From positions 2,336,001 through 2,400,000 of the forward strand of contig OY970309.1 in the NCBI GenBank assembly GCA_963716395.1: a stretch of DNA of 64,000 nt. The letters run 5' to 3'. A model generated the notes under the pieces. The model was given only the letters and a program-made list of their open reading frames with translations, made no database searches and was not told where the DNA came from. This DNA is from an uncultured Fibrobacteria bacterium (lineage in GTDB: Bacteria > Fibrobacterota > Fibrobacteria > UBA11236). This document shows, piece by piece, positions 42,626 to 52,440 of the stretch (positions within the stretch are counted from its first letter, which is position 1; every line of letters begins with the position of its first letter). Position numbers and translations under genes: made by a program.

Positions 42626-43396
42626 TCAAGTGTGGGATGAAAAGGGGGAAGGTGGTGTTTTTCCCTCGAACCGGAGGTCGAACAATCGCTGTTCCAAGGC
42701 CGCGGCTCGGGGAAAAAGTATATCGGATTCCAGGGCCGCATGCGCCATCAGCCGCTGCTCGAAAGCCGACAACCGGGTATGGACTTCTTCCGTTACCGCG
42801 GCGGTAGGTTCTTTCAGACGATGGTTGCGGACCTTTTCCGTGATGTCGGTGATCATGTGTTTGAGTTCGGCTTCGCTGGTGTGGTTTTGCATGGCGGCGA
42901 AGGCGCGCACCGAACCCCGGTGCAGCATCGGGTCGGTGCCTTTTAAACGCTCGCTGGATTCCAAGCGAAGAATATGGGGAAAAACGTGCTGCTCTTCCTC
43001 AAGCATATGATCGCGGAACTTTTCCGCAAAGGGTTGAAACGCCTGTTGCACCAGTTTCAAAACATAGCCGTCGGGATAGTTGGGAATGCTGTGCACATCC
43101 AAGAGATGTTTGATTTCGGGTAAATCTTTTTCGAGAAATTCGCGATGGTCGGCGGTCAAATAATCGAGGACCCGGTACAAAGGCTCTTGCGCGAAATCCG
43201 CCGCGGCGGAAGGCACGGCCAAGGTCGAGGCATGCTTTAAAAATTCCACCGGGCCGACGCCCGCCTCTTGGCAGAACGCCTCGACGCTCAGATGCAATTG
43301 ATCCCAGAAAGGCTTGCGCGTCGCTTCAAGCAATTCCAATACGGCGGGGCGAATTTGCAGCACCTTGGCCAACGATGTGGAACCGGAGAAAAGCAT
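42626..43396 (-). CDS. Hemerythrin-domain, RIC/YtfE/ScdA-like iron-sulfur cluster repair protein
   Basis: DYLTADHREF, HMLEEEQHVFP, HAALESDILFPRA di-iron motifs. Confidence 0.75.
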   Translation of the reverse strand: MLFSGSTSLAKVLQIRPAVLELLEATRKPFWDQLHLSVEAFCQEAGVGPVEFLKHASTLAVPSAAADFAQEPLYRVLDYLTADHREFLEKDLPEIKHLLDVHSIPNYPDGYVLKLVQQAFQPFAEKFRDHMLEEEQHVFPHILRLESSERLKGTDPMLHRGSVRAFAAMQNHTSEAELKHMITDITEKVRNHRLKEPTAAVTEEVHTRLSAFEQRLMAHAALESDILFPRAAALEQRLFDLRFEGKTPPSPFSSHT

Positions 43397-43524
43397 ACAC
43401 TCAAAAATCCGCAAGAATCAGACCATGACAGAATACGCGAATTTCAGATTTTTTCCATGCCGAAAAAACTGCATCGCCAGAATGCCTTGTCATTTTGGCG
43501 GACGCTTTGAAAAGGTGGCAGGAG

Positions 43525-44262
43525 TTAAGTGTCGAAGCGGTAACCCAGGCCGGGCAGGTTGACGATCTTTTTTGCCAGAGCCGGTCCCAGTTTGCTGCGC
43601 AGCGAGGATACGTGCACTTTCACGGTATGCGAATCCACCGGAGCCGATTCGCCGTAGCCCCACACCGTGTGGTAAAGATGGGTGGTGTAAACCACCTGCC
43701 CGCGTTTGCGCAGCAAGGCGGTAAGCAGGTCGAATTCTTTGCGGGTCAAAGCCACCGGGCTCTCGTTGACGTAAACTTTGCGCGAGCGGACGTCGAGCGC
43801 CAGTCCTTCGGCTTTGAGCACATCGGCCAATTCTTCGGGGGAAAAATAGCGCCGCAAAACGGCCCGCACCTTGGCCAGCAGCAATTCGTTGGAAATGGGT
43901 TTTACCAGGTAGTCGTCGGCGCCTTCGCCGAAACCCTGGAGTTGGAATTCTTCGTCGGTCAGCGCCCCCGACAGCAAGATGATGGGAATGGCGCTGGTAT
44001 AGGGGCTGGCTTTCAATTCCTGACACAGCTTGATGCCGCTGGTGCTACCGAGCACCACGTCCATGAGAATGATATGGGGTTGGCGGGCTTTGGCCTGTTG
44101 GAGCACGGCCTCGGGATCTTCGACGACCGCCGCCTGATACCCGTCGCTCTCCAATACCGCTTTGAGGGTCTTGGCAAATACGGAATTGTCTTCCACCACC
44201 AAAATCGGCCGGCCGCCGCCGGATCCGGTGGGTGGAGTCGGGGACGGGGAGGTATCCGTCAT
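43525..44262 (-). CDS. OmpR/PhoB-family response regulator
   Basis: ILVVEDN..ILMDV..GADDYLVKP REC domain; LTRKEFDLL..TVKVHVSSLRSKL..GLGYRF winged helix. Confidence 0.92.
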   Translation of the reverse strand: MTDTSPSPTPPTGSGGGRPILVVEDNSVFAKTLKAVLESDGYQAAVVEDPEAVLQQAKARQPHIILMDVVLGSTSGIKLCQELKASPYTSAIPIILLSGALTDEEFQLQGFGEGADDYLVKPISNELLLAKVRAVLRRYFSPEELADVLKAEGLALDVRSRKVYVNESPVALTRKEFDLLTALLRKRGQVVYTTHLYHTVWGYGESAPVDSHTVKVHVSSLRSKLGPALAKKIVNLPGLGYRFDT

Positions 44263-44364
44263 AGTTTGTAGGTCCATGGAACGGCAGGAAAACATACATC
44301 TCAAAACCCTCGAACCCAAGTCCCATGGACCCTACGGGGCAGGAGGTTTTCCGGGCCTTCCCGT

Positions 44365-47300
44365 TTAGATTTTGGTGCGATTTGTAAAATATTTCACATC
44401 TGTTTCGGAATGCAGTCCGGGGATGCGTGCGCGCAACCAGGTGCTCAGAGATTCAAACTCTTCGGCTTCCAGCGATCCCAGAGCGCGCAAGCGGTGATTT
44501 TCACAGGCCAGCTTGGGAACGCCGTTGACGAACAGCACACGGTGCTTGGGTTGCATGGGCACGCGGCGCTCGGGCGCAAGCAGGCCCTGCAAATTGGCAG
44601 GATCGGTCGCGGCCAAGAGCAGCGGAGAAGTCTCATCGGCCCCATCGGCCGAAAGCCGCTCCAAGGCGTCGGGAGCGGCGAATTGTTCGCCCGAGGGTCC
44701 GGCCACGAAGCGTCCGCCCCGCGCCTCGCCCCGATCTTCCAAGGTGCGCAGCGCGCGGCGCAGCAGCCGCCAGGGCGGCAGGCCCGGCTCGCGTTCGGCC
44801 AGCGCGCGGAAAACCACACCGTAACGGTTAAGTAACGTATGGGCCGCGTGCAGCGCGTTTTCGTCGTCTGCACGCTCGGCAGCGTCGGGCAAAAGGAAAA
44901 ACCGTCCGGCCGGCAACGTGTCGATTCGCCGCGCCGGACGCCAACCGGACGAGGTCCGCGATCGCGGCGCCCGCATGGGTCGGGCCAACACGCGCCAGCC
45001 GGCGAAATTATCGCTGGTCGCCAAACCGGCATACAGCAATACGCGCAGGCCGCGCTCGGCGTCTTCGGGCAAGAGGCGCGCTTCGGCAAAGAGATCGTCG
45101 GCGAAACTGGCGCCCCGCTGCCGCAAGAGCGCTTGCAACTCGGCCGCCGCGCCGGTCACTTGCAACGGAGCCGGCGACGCGTGCCGCCACCAACGCAATT
45201 GGGACCGTGGAAAGAAGGCCACGGGCAGATAGCGCAAAGACAGGAACGGGGGTGGCGGGCCTTCACCCGGCGGGCGCAGGCGCGCGAATCCGAAGCGGCC
45301 CGACTGGCATAAGGCATCAAGCCAAGCCGGATCATAACCGGGAATGCGGGCGGGCAGGATCTCTTTTTCCCAGAGATCCGCGGGCGCTTCGAAGCCTGCG
45401 AGTTTTTCCAGCTCGGCCGCCAGGCGATCGGGGCCGCCCCGATCCTCCGGCCGGTGCCACACTCCCTGCCAGCGGAAAAGAAAGCGCTGGAATTGCGCCG
45501 CTGACACCGTGGTCGCGGCGCGGCGCCGGTGGGCGACGCTGCGTTGGCGCATGCGGAACAACAGCCGCCGCTCGCACCATTGCGGTCCGGTTCCGGCGAG
45601 GTATTCTCCGCGAAAGGCGAAGCCTTCGCTTTCGAGCGCCGCCAATGCGGCCGCCACGGCCTCGGGCCTCCATCCGGTCACGGCGGCCAGGGTCTCTTCC
45701 GACGCCGGACCCGCGCTTTCCAGCCGGCCGCGGATCATTTCGCGCCGGGCGTCTTCCACGCTGCCTCCGAAGCGGGACAGCGCCGCGGGCAGAACGGGCG
45801 TGAAGCCGGGCGCCGCGTCGGGCCAGGCGGCGCGGGCTTCGGCCAGGCGCTCGGCCGCGAACCACAAGGGAGTCGCACCGTCGGCCGCCAGGCTGCCGAC
45901 CCGGCGGTCGCGGCGCAATTCCTCGAGCCACGGCCACCAGGAAATTTGGTCCTTCCCGGCCCGGATTTCGCCTTCGGTCAAAAATCCCGAACTCAACACG
46001 TCGTGCAATTCGTCGGCGTCGCGCGGCGCGGGGCGGGCTTCGGCCGTCACCGCGCGTACGGCCTCGGCATCAAGCGCCGCCGGGGCGATGCGGGCCGGAT
46101 CGTCGGCAGCCCGCGCAGTGACGGCGCGGGTGCGCCGCTCTTCCAGCGGTGCGCCGTCGAGAAAGGCGTAGGGGCGCGCCTGCAACAACTCCTGCGCCAA
46201 CGGCGACGGCTCCGACACGTCCACCGCCAGACAGCGGCAGGCGCCGCTTTCGATGCGGCGCAACAGGTCTTCCAGCGTATCGATATCCATGGCTTCGTGC
46301 AGGCAGTCGTCCAGCGTCTGCCGCACCAGCGGATGATCGGGAATGCTGCGGTCGCCGGTCAGGTTTTCGGCGCAGGCGAGTTGATCGGGAAAGACCAAAG
46401 CCGCGAGGTCCTGGGCTTCGAGGCGCTGGAAAATGGGGGGCACGCGCCGGCCCCCGCGGCGGCGCGCGAGGGCCAAAAACCGCGTGGCGTTCCAGCGCCA
46501 GCGCACCTCGAACATGGGGCTGTCGAGCACGGCTTGTTGCAGGAGATCGCGCACCGTGGCCGCTCGCAAATATTGAAACACGTCTTCCAGGGGAAAGCTG
46601 TGGGTGACCCCCAACGAGAGGATCAGGCCTTCTTCGGTGGCCGCCGCTTGCAATTCGAAATTGAATTTGCGGCAAAAGCGTTTGCGTAAGGCCAGTCCGA
46701 AGGCGCGGTTCACGCGTCCGCCATAGGGGCTGTGCAGCACCAGATGCATGTCGCCGCCCGCGTCGAAAAAACGTTCGGCCACCAAGGTTTCGCAGGTGGG
46801 CAAATGGCCCAGGGCCAACAGGGCCGACGCCAGATACTCGATGACCGAGTTTGCCGCCAGGGGTAACAGACCGGTTTCGGCCTGCAACCAGGCCGCGGCC
46901 GGGGTTTTCCACGCCGCGTCGGAGCCCGAACCCTGGGCGGCCACGGTGGCGCGCAACTTTTCGGCGTCGCCCAGGCGCGCTTCGATTTCGCGACGCAGGT
47001 CGGACACCGCGGCGCTGAGCTCGGTGCTGCGCGAGGGCGCTTCGCCCAGCCAGAAAGGCAGCGAGGGCGCTTCGCCCTGCGCATCGGCCACGCGCACCGC
47101 GTTCTCTTCCACGCGCAGAATGCGCCAGGTTCCGTTGCCGAGCAGGAACACGTCGCCCGCCATGCTTTCGATGGCGAAGTCTTCATTCACCGTGCCCAGA
47201 AATTGATCGCCGGGGTCGAGCCGCACTTCGTAGTCGAAGGAATCGGGGATGGCGCCGCCGTTGAGCAGCGCGGTGAGACGCGCGCCCGGCCGGCCCCGCA

Positions 47301-48747
47301 ACCGGCCGTTGACGGCGTCGAGATGCAGATGGGCGCCGCGCCGTCCCCGCCGCGTGGTATAGCCCTGCGCGGCCAGCCGCACGATTTCGTCGAAACGCGG
47401 GCGGGGCAAATCGCGATAGGGGTGGGCGTGCCGGAAGGCTGCGTAGAGATCGTCCAAGCGCCATTCGCGGCAGCCGGCTTCGGCTACGATTTGCTGCGAC
47501 AGAATATCGAGCGGCGCCGCGGGCACCTGCAAGGCGTCGAGTTCGCCCCGGCGCAGGGCGCGCAGCAACGCAGCGTGCTCCACCAGCTCGGAACTGGTCA
47601 GGGGAAAGATGCGCGCCTTGGGCACGCCGCCCACATGATGGCGCGAACGTCCGGCGCGCTGCAAAAATGGGTTCAAACCCCGGGGCGATCCGATTTGTAC
47701 CACCAGGTCAACGAACCCGATGTCGATGCCGAGTTCCAGCGAAGAGGTGGCGGCCAGAGCTTTGAGCCCGCCGTTCTTCAACCGCTGCTCGGCGTCGAGC
47801 CGCCGCTCGCGCGACATGCTGCCGTGATGGGCGGCCACGGCGTCGTCGCCCAGGCTTTGGCGCAGGCGATGCGCCACGCGTTCGGCCAGGCGGCGCGTAC
47901 TCACGAAAATCAAGGTGGTGCGATGTTCGGCGATCAGCGCCAGCAGCCGCGCGTACACCTCTTCCCAGATTTCCAGCGACATCACGGCCGAGAGCCCCGC
48001 AGGCGGAAGCTCCACCTGCAGGTCGAAATGCCGGCGCCGGCCGACGTCGATTACGACCGCCCCCGGACCGCGATCGCCGGTGAGAAAGCGCGCCACCAAG
48101 TCCAACGGCTTTTGCGTGGCCGACAGCCCGATGCGCTGCAAAGGTTTTTCCACCAGGGTTTCGAGTCGTTCCAGCGACAGGGCCAGATGCGCCCCGCGTC
48201 GGTTGCCGGCCAGCGCATGCACTTCGTCGACGATCACCGTCTCCACGGTTTTCAGGAGGTCGCGGCCGCGCGGGCTGGTGAGCAGCAAGAACAGCGATTC
48301 GGGCGTGGTGATGAGCAGGTGGGGCGGATGCCGCCGCATCTGTTCGCGCTCGGCCGCGGGCGTGTCGCCTGTGCGCACGGCCACGGAAATGTCGGCCTCG
48401 CGCACATGCGTCAACAGCGATCGTCGCCGAATTTCTGCGAGCGGCTCTTCCAGGTTTTTTTTGACATCGTGGCTCAAGGCTTTGAGCGGCGAGACGTAGA
48501 GCACCAAGGTGTGCGGCGGCAACTCGCCTTCCAGTCCCCGTCGCCATAGCCGATCCAGAGCCCAGAGAAAAGCCGCCAGGGTTTTTCCCGAGCCCGTGGG
48601 CGCGGCCAGCAAGGCGCTTTGGCCCGCGGCAATGTGCGGCCAGGCGCGCGTCTGCGCTTCGGTGGGCGCGCCGAAGCGATCGGCGAACCAGGCGCGGATG
48701 TCTGCGTGAAACAAGTCCAGCACCTCGGGACTCAAGATCGTTTCCAT
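44365..48747 (-). CDS. lhr: ATP-dependent Lhr family helicase (long form)
   Basis: APTGSGKT, SPLKAL, TTPESL, DEVH, LSAT, HHGS, SSLELGIDIG; C-terminal HTH region LLNRYGVVFR...RGGRFV. Confidence 0.92.
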   Translation of the reverse strand: METILSPEVLDLFHADIRAWFADRFGAPTEAQTRAWPHIAAGQSALLAAPTGSGKTLAAFLWALDRLWRRGLEGELPPHTLVLYVSPLKALSHDVKKNLEEPLAEIRRRSLLTHVREADISVAVRTGDTPAAEREQMRRHPPHLLITTPESLFLLLTSPRGRDLLKTVETVIVDEVHALAGNRRGAHLALSLERLETLVEKPLQRIGLSATQKPLDLVARFLTGDRGPGAVVIDVGRRRHFDLQVELPPAGLSAVMSLEIWEEVYARLLALIAEHRTTLIFVSTRRLAERVAHRLRQSLGDDAVAAHHGSMSRERRLDAEQRLKNGGLKALAATSSLELGIDIGFVDLVVQIGSPRGLNPFLQRAGRSRHHVGGVPKARIFPLTSSELVEHAALLRALRRGELDALQVPAAPLDILSQQIVAEAGCREWRLDDLYAAFRHAHPYRDLPRPRFDEIVRLAAQGYTTRRGRRGAHLHLDAVNGRLRGRPGARLTALLNGGAIPDSFDYEVRLDPGDQFLGTVNEDFAIESMAGDVFLLGNGTWRILRVEENAVRVADAQGEAPSLPFWLGEAPSRSTELSAAVSDLRREIEARLGDAEKLRATVAAQGSGSDAAWKTPAAAWLQAETGLLPLAANSVIEYLASALLALGHLPTCETLVAERFFDAGGDMHLVLHSPYGGRVNRAFGLALRKRFCRKFNFELQAAATEEGLILSLGVTHSFPLEDVFQYLRAATVRDLLQQAVLDSPMFEVRWRWNATRFLALARRRGGRRVPPIFQRLEAQDLAALVFPDQLACAENLTGDRSIPDHPLVRQTLDDCLHEAMDIDTLEDLLRRIESGACRCLAVDVSEPSPLAQELLQARPYAFLDGAPLEERRTRAVTARAADDPARIAPAALDAEAVRAVTAEARPAPRDADELHDVLSSGFLTEGEIRAGKDQISWWPWLEELRRDRRVGSLAADGATPLWFAAERLAEARAAWPDAAPGFTPVLPAALSRFGGSVEDARREMIRGRLESAGPASEETLAAVTGWRPEAVAAALAALESEGFAFRGEYLAGTGPQWCERRLLFRMRQRSVAHRRRAATTVSAAQFQRFLFRWQGVWHRPEDRGGPDRLAAELEKLAGFEAPADLWEKEILPARIPGYDPAWLDALCQSGRFGFARLRPPGEGPPPPFLSLRYLPVAFFPRSQLRWWRHASPAPLQVTGAAAELQALLRQRGASFADDLFAEARLLPEDAERGLRVLLYAGLATSDNFAGWRVLARPMRAPRSRTSSGWRPARRIDTLPAGRFFLLPDAAERADDENALHAAHTLLNRYGVVFRALAEREPGLPPWRLLRRALRTLEDRGEARGGRFVAGPSGEQFAAPDALERLSADGADETSPLLLAATDPANLQGLLAPERRVPMQPKHRVLFVNGVPKLACENHRLRALGSLEAEEFESLSTWLRARIPGLHSETDVKYFTNRTKI

Positions 48748-48982
48748 GGCCTCTGGAATGTACTCAACTGTTCGTTTGTGCAGTAATGGGATCGAAGGCG
48801 TCCGGCATGCTCCGGCCTCCGGGGAGGAGAGGTCATCCGCTTCTTTGGCCGCGACGCGCGGGTCGGCAGAAGCGATGCGGCGGACTCGGATGAACGCGGA
48901 GGTCAAGGATTAAATTAAGCGGCCGCGCCGGCCGTATGGTAGAATTAGTGCATTCCCGGTAGCGGAAGAAGGGTGGAACATC

Positions 48983-49354
48983 ATGGAAGCGGCGGTGCAA
49001 ACGGATCGGAACGCCTTGCAGCGTTTGGAACGCGTGGGGGGAGCGGCCTTGCTCGTGCGCATCATCGATCAATTCCTGGCCAATGCGCGGCAGCGTTTGG
49101 AAAGCGCTTGCGACTACGGCAAATCCGGCAATCTCGAAGCCTTAGGCCGCGCCTTGCACGGTCTCAAAGACACGGCGTCGAATCTGGGCGCCCTGGGCGT
49201 GCGCGATTTGGCCGCCCATATCGAAAGACTTTCGGTGCAGGGCGCCCAGGATCTGGTGTTGCCCCTGCTCTGTCAACTCGATCGCCTTCTGCAGCAAACC
49301 GAATATTGGTTGCTCGCGGAGCGGAGGGAACGCGTGGTCAAAGGCGACGGTTGA
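48983..49354 (+). CDS. Stand-alone Hpt phosphotransfer protein
   Basis: ALHGLKDTASNLGA; similar to the Hpt at 40031-40381. Confidence 0.82.
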   Translation: MEAAVQTDRNALQRLERVGGAALLVRIIDQFLANARQRLESACDYGKSGNLEALGRALHGLKDTASNLGALGVRDLAAHIERLSVQGAQDLVLPLLCQLDRLLQQTEYWLLAERRERVVKGDG

Positions 49355-49384
49355 AAGCGGCCGAGGCCGGCGGCGGCGTGGATC

Positions 49385-50917
49385 ATGGATGATTTGAAGA
49401 AGTGGTACCGCTCCGGGTTGGCGACGCGGCTGGAGGCGCTGCGGTCGGCCCGGCGCGAATTCGCCCCGGGCGGCGCGGCGCGCGATTCGGTATGCCGGAT
49501 CGCCCGCCTGCTCAAAGACACCGGATCGCTGCACGGCTTTCCCGAAATCAGCCGCGCGGCGGCCGAAGTCGAGCAGGCCGCGGCGGGGGAATTCGAAAGC
49601 GCCCTCGATCAGCTGCTGCTGGTGCTGGAGAAATCCGGCCCTCCCGAAGAGGAAGAAAAAACCACCTTGCTGGTGATCGACGACGATCCCGCCATCGGCG
49701 AAGTGCTGCGCGCCGTGCTCGGCGGCCGTCATCGCGAAGTGCTCACCGTGGGTACGGCCCGCGAGGCCGAGATTCTGTTGGAGGATAAAAAAGTCGATCT
49801 CATTCTGCTCGACCTCATTCTGCCCGACACGGATGGGCGCAATTTTCTGCTGCGGCTCAAAGAGAACGCGGCCACGGCTACTGTGCCCGTGCTGGTGTTG
49901 TCGGCCAAGATCGGTGTGCAACCCAAAACCGAATGCTTTGCCCTGGGCGCCGACGCCTATTTCGAAAAGCCCTTTGAAATCGATACCTTGTCGGTGACCG
50001 TGTCGTCGTGGCTGCATCGCAGCGAAGGCGCCCTGCGCGAATCACGCCGCGACGCCCTGACCGGATTGCCGAACCGCCCCGCCTTCCGCGAAGCCTTTGC
50101 CCGCCACGCCTCGCTGGCACAGCGCAAAGGCGAGCCCCTGGCCGTGGCCATTCTCGATCTCGATCGCTTCAAGCGGGTCAACGACACCTTCGGCCATCGC
50201 GTGGGAGACGACGTGTTGCGCCGCACCGCCGCGGTGATCAGCCGATCGTTGCGCAAGTCGGATTTTCTGGCGCGCTGGGGCGGCGAAGAATTCGTGGTGC
50301 TGTTCCCCAATACCGACGTGGAAGGGGCGGCCAACGCCATGCGCAAATCGCTGGAATGCCTGCAAGCCGAAGAGTTCCAGCCGCCCGAAGGGGCGCTGTT
50401 TCACGTCTCTTTTTCCGCCGGCGTGGCCGCCGTGGATTCCGAAGTCGGGGTCGACGAAGTCGTGGCCGCGGCCGACAAGCATCTCTACCTAGCCAAAGCC
50501 GGCGGCCGATGCCGGGTAGTCACCCATCGCGACCAACCCGGGGAGCAACCGCAAAGCGTGCTGTTGGGAGTGGGAAATTCCGCGGTGGCCGAGGTCATCC
50601 GCTACCGGCTGCAGCGCGACGGCTTCGAAGTCGAACATACGCGCGACGCGCCGGGCATGATCACCGCCGTGCGGGGGCGCGAGTTTTCGGTGGCCATTCT
50701 GGACGCGAACCTGCCCGGACAGAAGGATCTGGAACTGGTGAACGCGCTGCGCGCCGGCCACGGATCGCGGCGCTTGGCGGTGCTCCTGCTCACAACCCCG
50801 GGCGAAGAGCGCATTCTGTCGCGCGGCTTTGAACTCGGCGTCGATGACTACATCGTCGAGCCGTTTTCGCCCATGGAACTCCTCACCCGCGTGCGCAGCC
50901 TGGTGCGCCGCGCCTGA
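49385..50917 (+). CDS. Response-regulator diguanylate cyclase (degenerate Hpt - REC - GGDEF - degenerate REC)
   Basis: LLVIDDD..LLDL..EKPF REC; DALTGLPNR, DLDRFKRVNDTFGH, RKSD I-site, RWGGEEF. Confidence 0.9.
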   Translation: MDDLKKWYRSGLATRLEALRSARREFAPGGAARDSVCRIARLLKDTGSLHGFPEISRAAAEVEQAAAGEFESALDQLLLVLEKSGPPEEEEKTTLLVIDDDPAIGEVLRAVLGGRHREVLTVGTAREAEILLEDKKVDLILLDLILPDTDGRNFLLRLKENAATATVPVLVLSAKIGVQPKTECFALGADAYFEKPFEIDTLSVTVSSWLHRSEGALRESRRDALTGLPNRPAFREAFARHASLAQRKGEPLAVAILDLDRFKRVNDTFGHRVGDDVLRRTAAVISRSLRKSDFLARWGGEEFVVLFPNTDVEGAANAMRKSLECLQAEEFQPPEGALFHVSFSAGVAAVDSEVGVDEVVAAADKHLYLAKAGGRCRVVTHRDQPGEQPQSVLLGVGNSAVAEVIRYRLQRDGFEVEHTRDAPGMITAVRGREFSVAILDANLPGQKDLELVNALRAGHGSRRLAVLLLTTPGEERILSRGFELGVDDYIVEPFSPMELLTRVRSLVRRA

Positions 50918-50923
50918 CCAGTC

Positions 50924-50948
50924 CCCTGCGGCGTCGGGCGCCGCAGGG
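50924..50948. terminator. GC-rich hairpin between convergent genes
   Basis: CCCTGCGGCG-TCGGG-CGCCGCAGGG. Confidence 0.5.
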
Positions 50949-50959
50949 AATCGCAGAAA

Positions 50960-51613
50960 TTACTTGACGACCGTGACCGCAATCGCGACGCCGGGGTGGC
51001 TCCGGTTGTAGAGGTAATAGCCGTCGCCGCTGTAATCGATATACACGTCGTCGTCGGCGTACCAGTCATCGCTCCAATCCTCCGGCCAGGGGTCGACCAG
51101 GACAAAAGAAAAGCCTTGGTATTCGAAGCGCGGATAGCCCAGGTAAATCACGGGGCGGGTATGGATGCGAAACCAGTGATCGCGCCCGAAGTACAGGTGG
51201 AAGCGCTGATGCGGGATATAATACCCCCCGTAACCTCCGCGTTGTGACCAGGTGCGGTGCTCGACCGACCAATGTGTGGCCCGGTCGTCGTGCCAGCTTC
51301 CGCGCCCGTGCCAGCCGTCGGACCGCTCCCAACCGCGGTGCTGTTGCCACGCATGCGCTTCTTTCCAGGAGCGATGGGGATGCCCGGCCCGAGGGTGAGG
51401 GCTCGGCTCGCGCCGGGGCTGGGGCTGCGGCCGTGGCGGCGGCCGGCGATCATGCTCCGCGGGAGGTTTTTGTTCGCGCGGCGGTCGCCGACTTTCGTGT
51501 TGTTTGTCGCGATTCCGATGATCATCGCGCTGGTTGTCGTCGGCCCAAGCCGCGGCCAAGGCCCCCAGCAGCACCAAAGTGGCGACGCGGGTCGGTGGAA
51601 GAAGTCGCATCAT
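50960..51613 (-). CDS. Secreted His/Trp/Arg-rich hypothetical protein
   Basis: Signal peptide ending AWA; low-complexity N-region; HRTWSQRGGYGGYYIP...DDVYIDYSGDGYYLYN. Confidence 0.7.
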   Translation of the reverse strand: MMRLLPPTRVATLVLLGALAAAWADDNQRDDHRNRDKQHESRRPPREQKPPAEHDRRPPPRPQPQPRREPSPHPRAGHPHRSWKEAHAWQQHRGWERSDGWHGRGSWHDDRATHWSVEHRTWSQRGGYGGYYIPHQRFHLYFGRDHWFRIHTRPVIYLGYPRFEYQGFSFVLVDPWPEDWSDDWYADDDVYIDYSGDGYYLYNRSHPGVAIAVTVVK

Positions 51614-51833
51614 GCTGTCCTCTCGTTGGATGGAAGATTCTCTTTGCCGGCCGTCCCGGGGCCCGGCCGCCCATGGCCATAAAATAGCGTATGGGGGCAC
51701 GTTAAACCGCTTTCCTCGTAAGGCACTCATCTGCATCCGAGATGCGGCGAGGGGTTTTGTAATCCGGTTGAGTCCGAAAGTGCCCGGGAGGGAAGCTATT
51801 TTTGCTTTTCCACCGGATTGCGTCGAGGACAAA

Positions 51834-52430
51834 ATGCCCGCCAAAAAAACCAAGAAAACCGTGAAAGCAAAATCCGCCGCCCCGAAAACTCCCGCCCGCC
51901 GGCCGGGGGGCGCTGAAACCAAAGCCAAAGAAACCGCGGTTAAGGCCGCCCCGAAATCCCCCGGCGGGGTGGGACTCAAGGTCGGTGACCGCGCTCCGGA
52001 TTTTTCCCGGCCGGACGAAACCGGCCGCAGCGTGGGCTTGTCCGACTTTCGCGGGCGCAAGCTGGTGATTTATTTCTACCCCAAGGATTTTACCTCGGGA
52101 TGCACCCAGGAATCCTGTGACTTTCGTGACAATTTGAATCGCATTACCGGCTCGGGTGCGGCCCTGGTGGGCGTCAGCGCCGATGCGGTGGACAGCCATC
52201 TTGGCTTCAAACAGAAGCACGGCCTAAACTTCCCTTTGCTCAGCGATCCGGACAAAAAAATGCTCAACGCCTACGGCGTGTGGCAGAAGAAGAGCCTTTA
52301 CGGCCGCTCGTTCATGGGCATCGTGCGCACCACCTTTGTCGTCGACGCAGCGGGCCGCATCGCCGCGGTATTTCCCAAGGTGCGCGTGCAGGGCCATGTG
52401 GACGCGGTCTTGGCCGCGCTGGGGAACTGA
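51834..52430 (+). CDS. bcp: BCP/PrxQ peroxiredoxin with Lys/Ala-rich N-terminal extension
   Basis: GDRAPDF, YFYPKDFTSGCTQESCDFRD, MGIVRTTF; GAGGA RBS. Confidence 0.92.
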   Translation: MPAKKTKKTVKAKSAAPKTPARRPGGAETKAKETAVKAAPKSPGGVGLKVGDRAPDFSRPDETGRSVGLSDFRGRKLVIYFYPKDFTSGCTQESCDFRDNLNRITGSGAALVGVSADAVDSHLGFKQKHGLNFPLLSDPDKKMLNAYGVWQKKSLYGRSFMGIVRTTFVVDAAGRIAAVFPKVRVQGHVDAVLAALGN

Positions 52431-52440
52431 GGAACGACGG

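Noticed and set aside
50150-50300. Hypr-type (cGAMP-forming) GGDEF as in Geobacter
   Set aside because: The specificity position is the canonical Asp (FGHRVGD), which predicts c-di-GMP.
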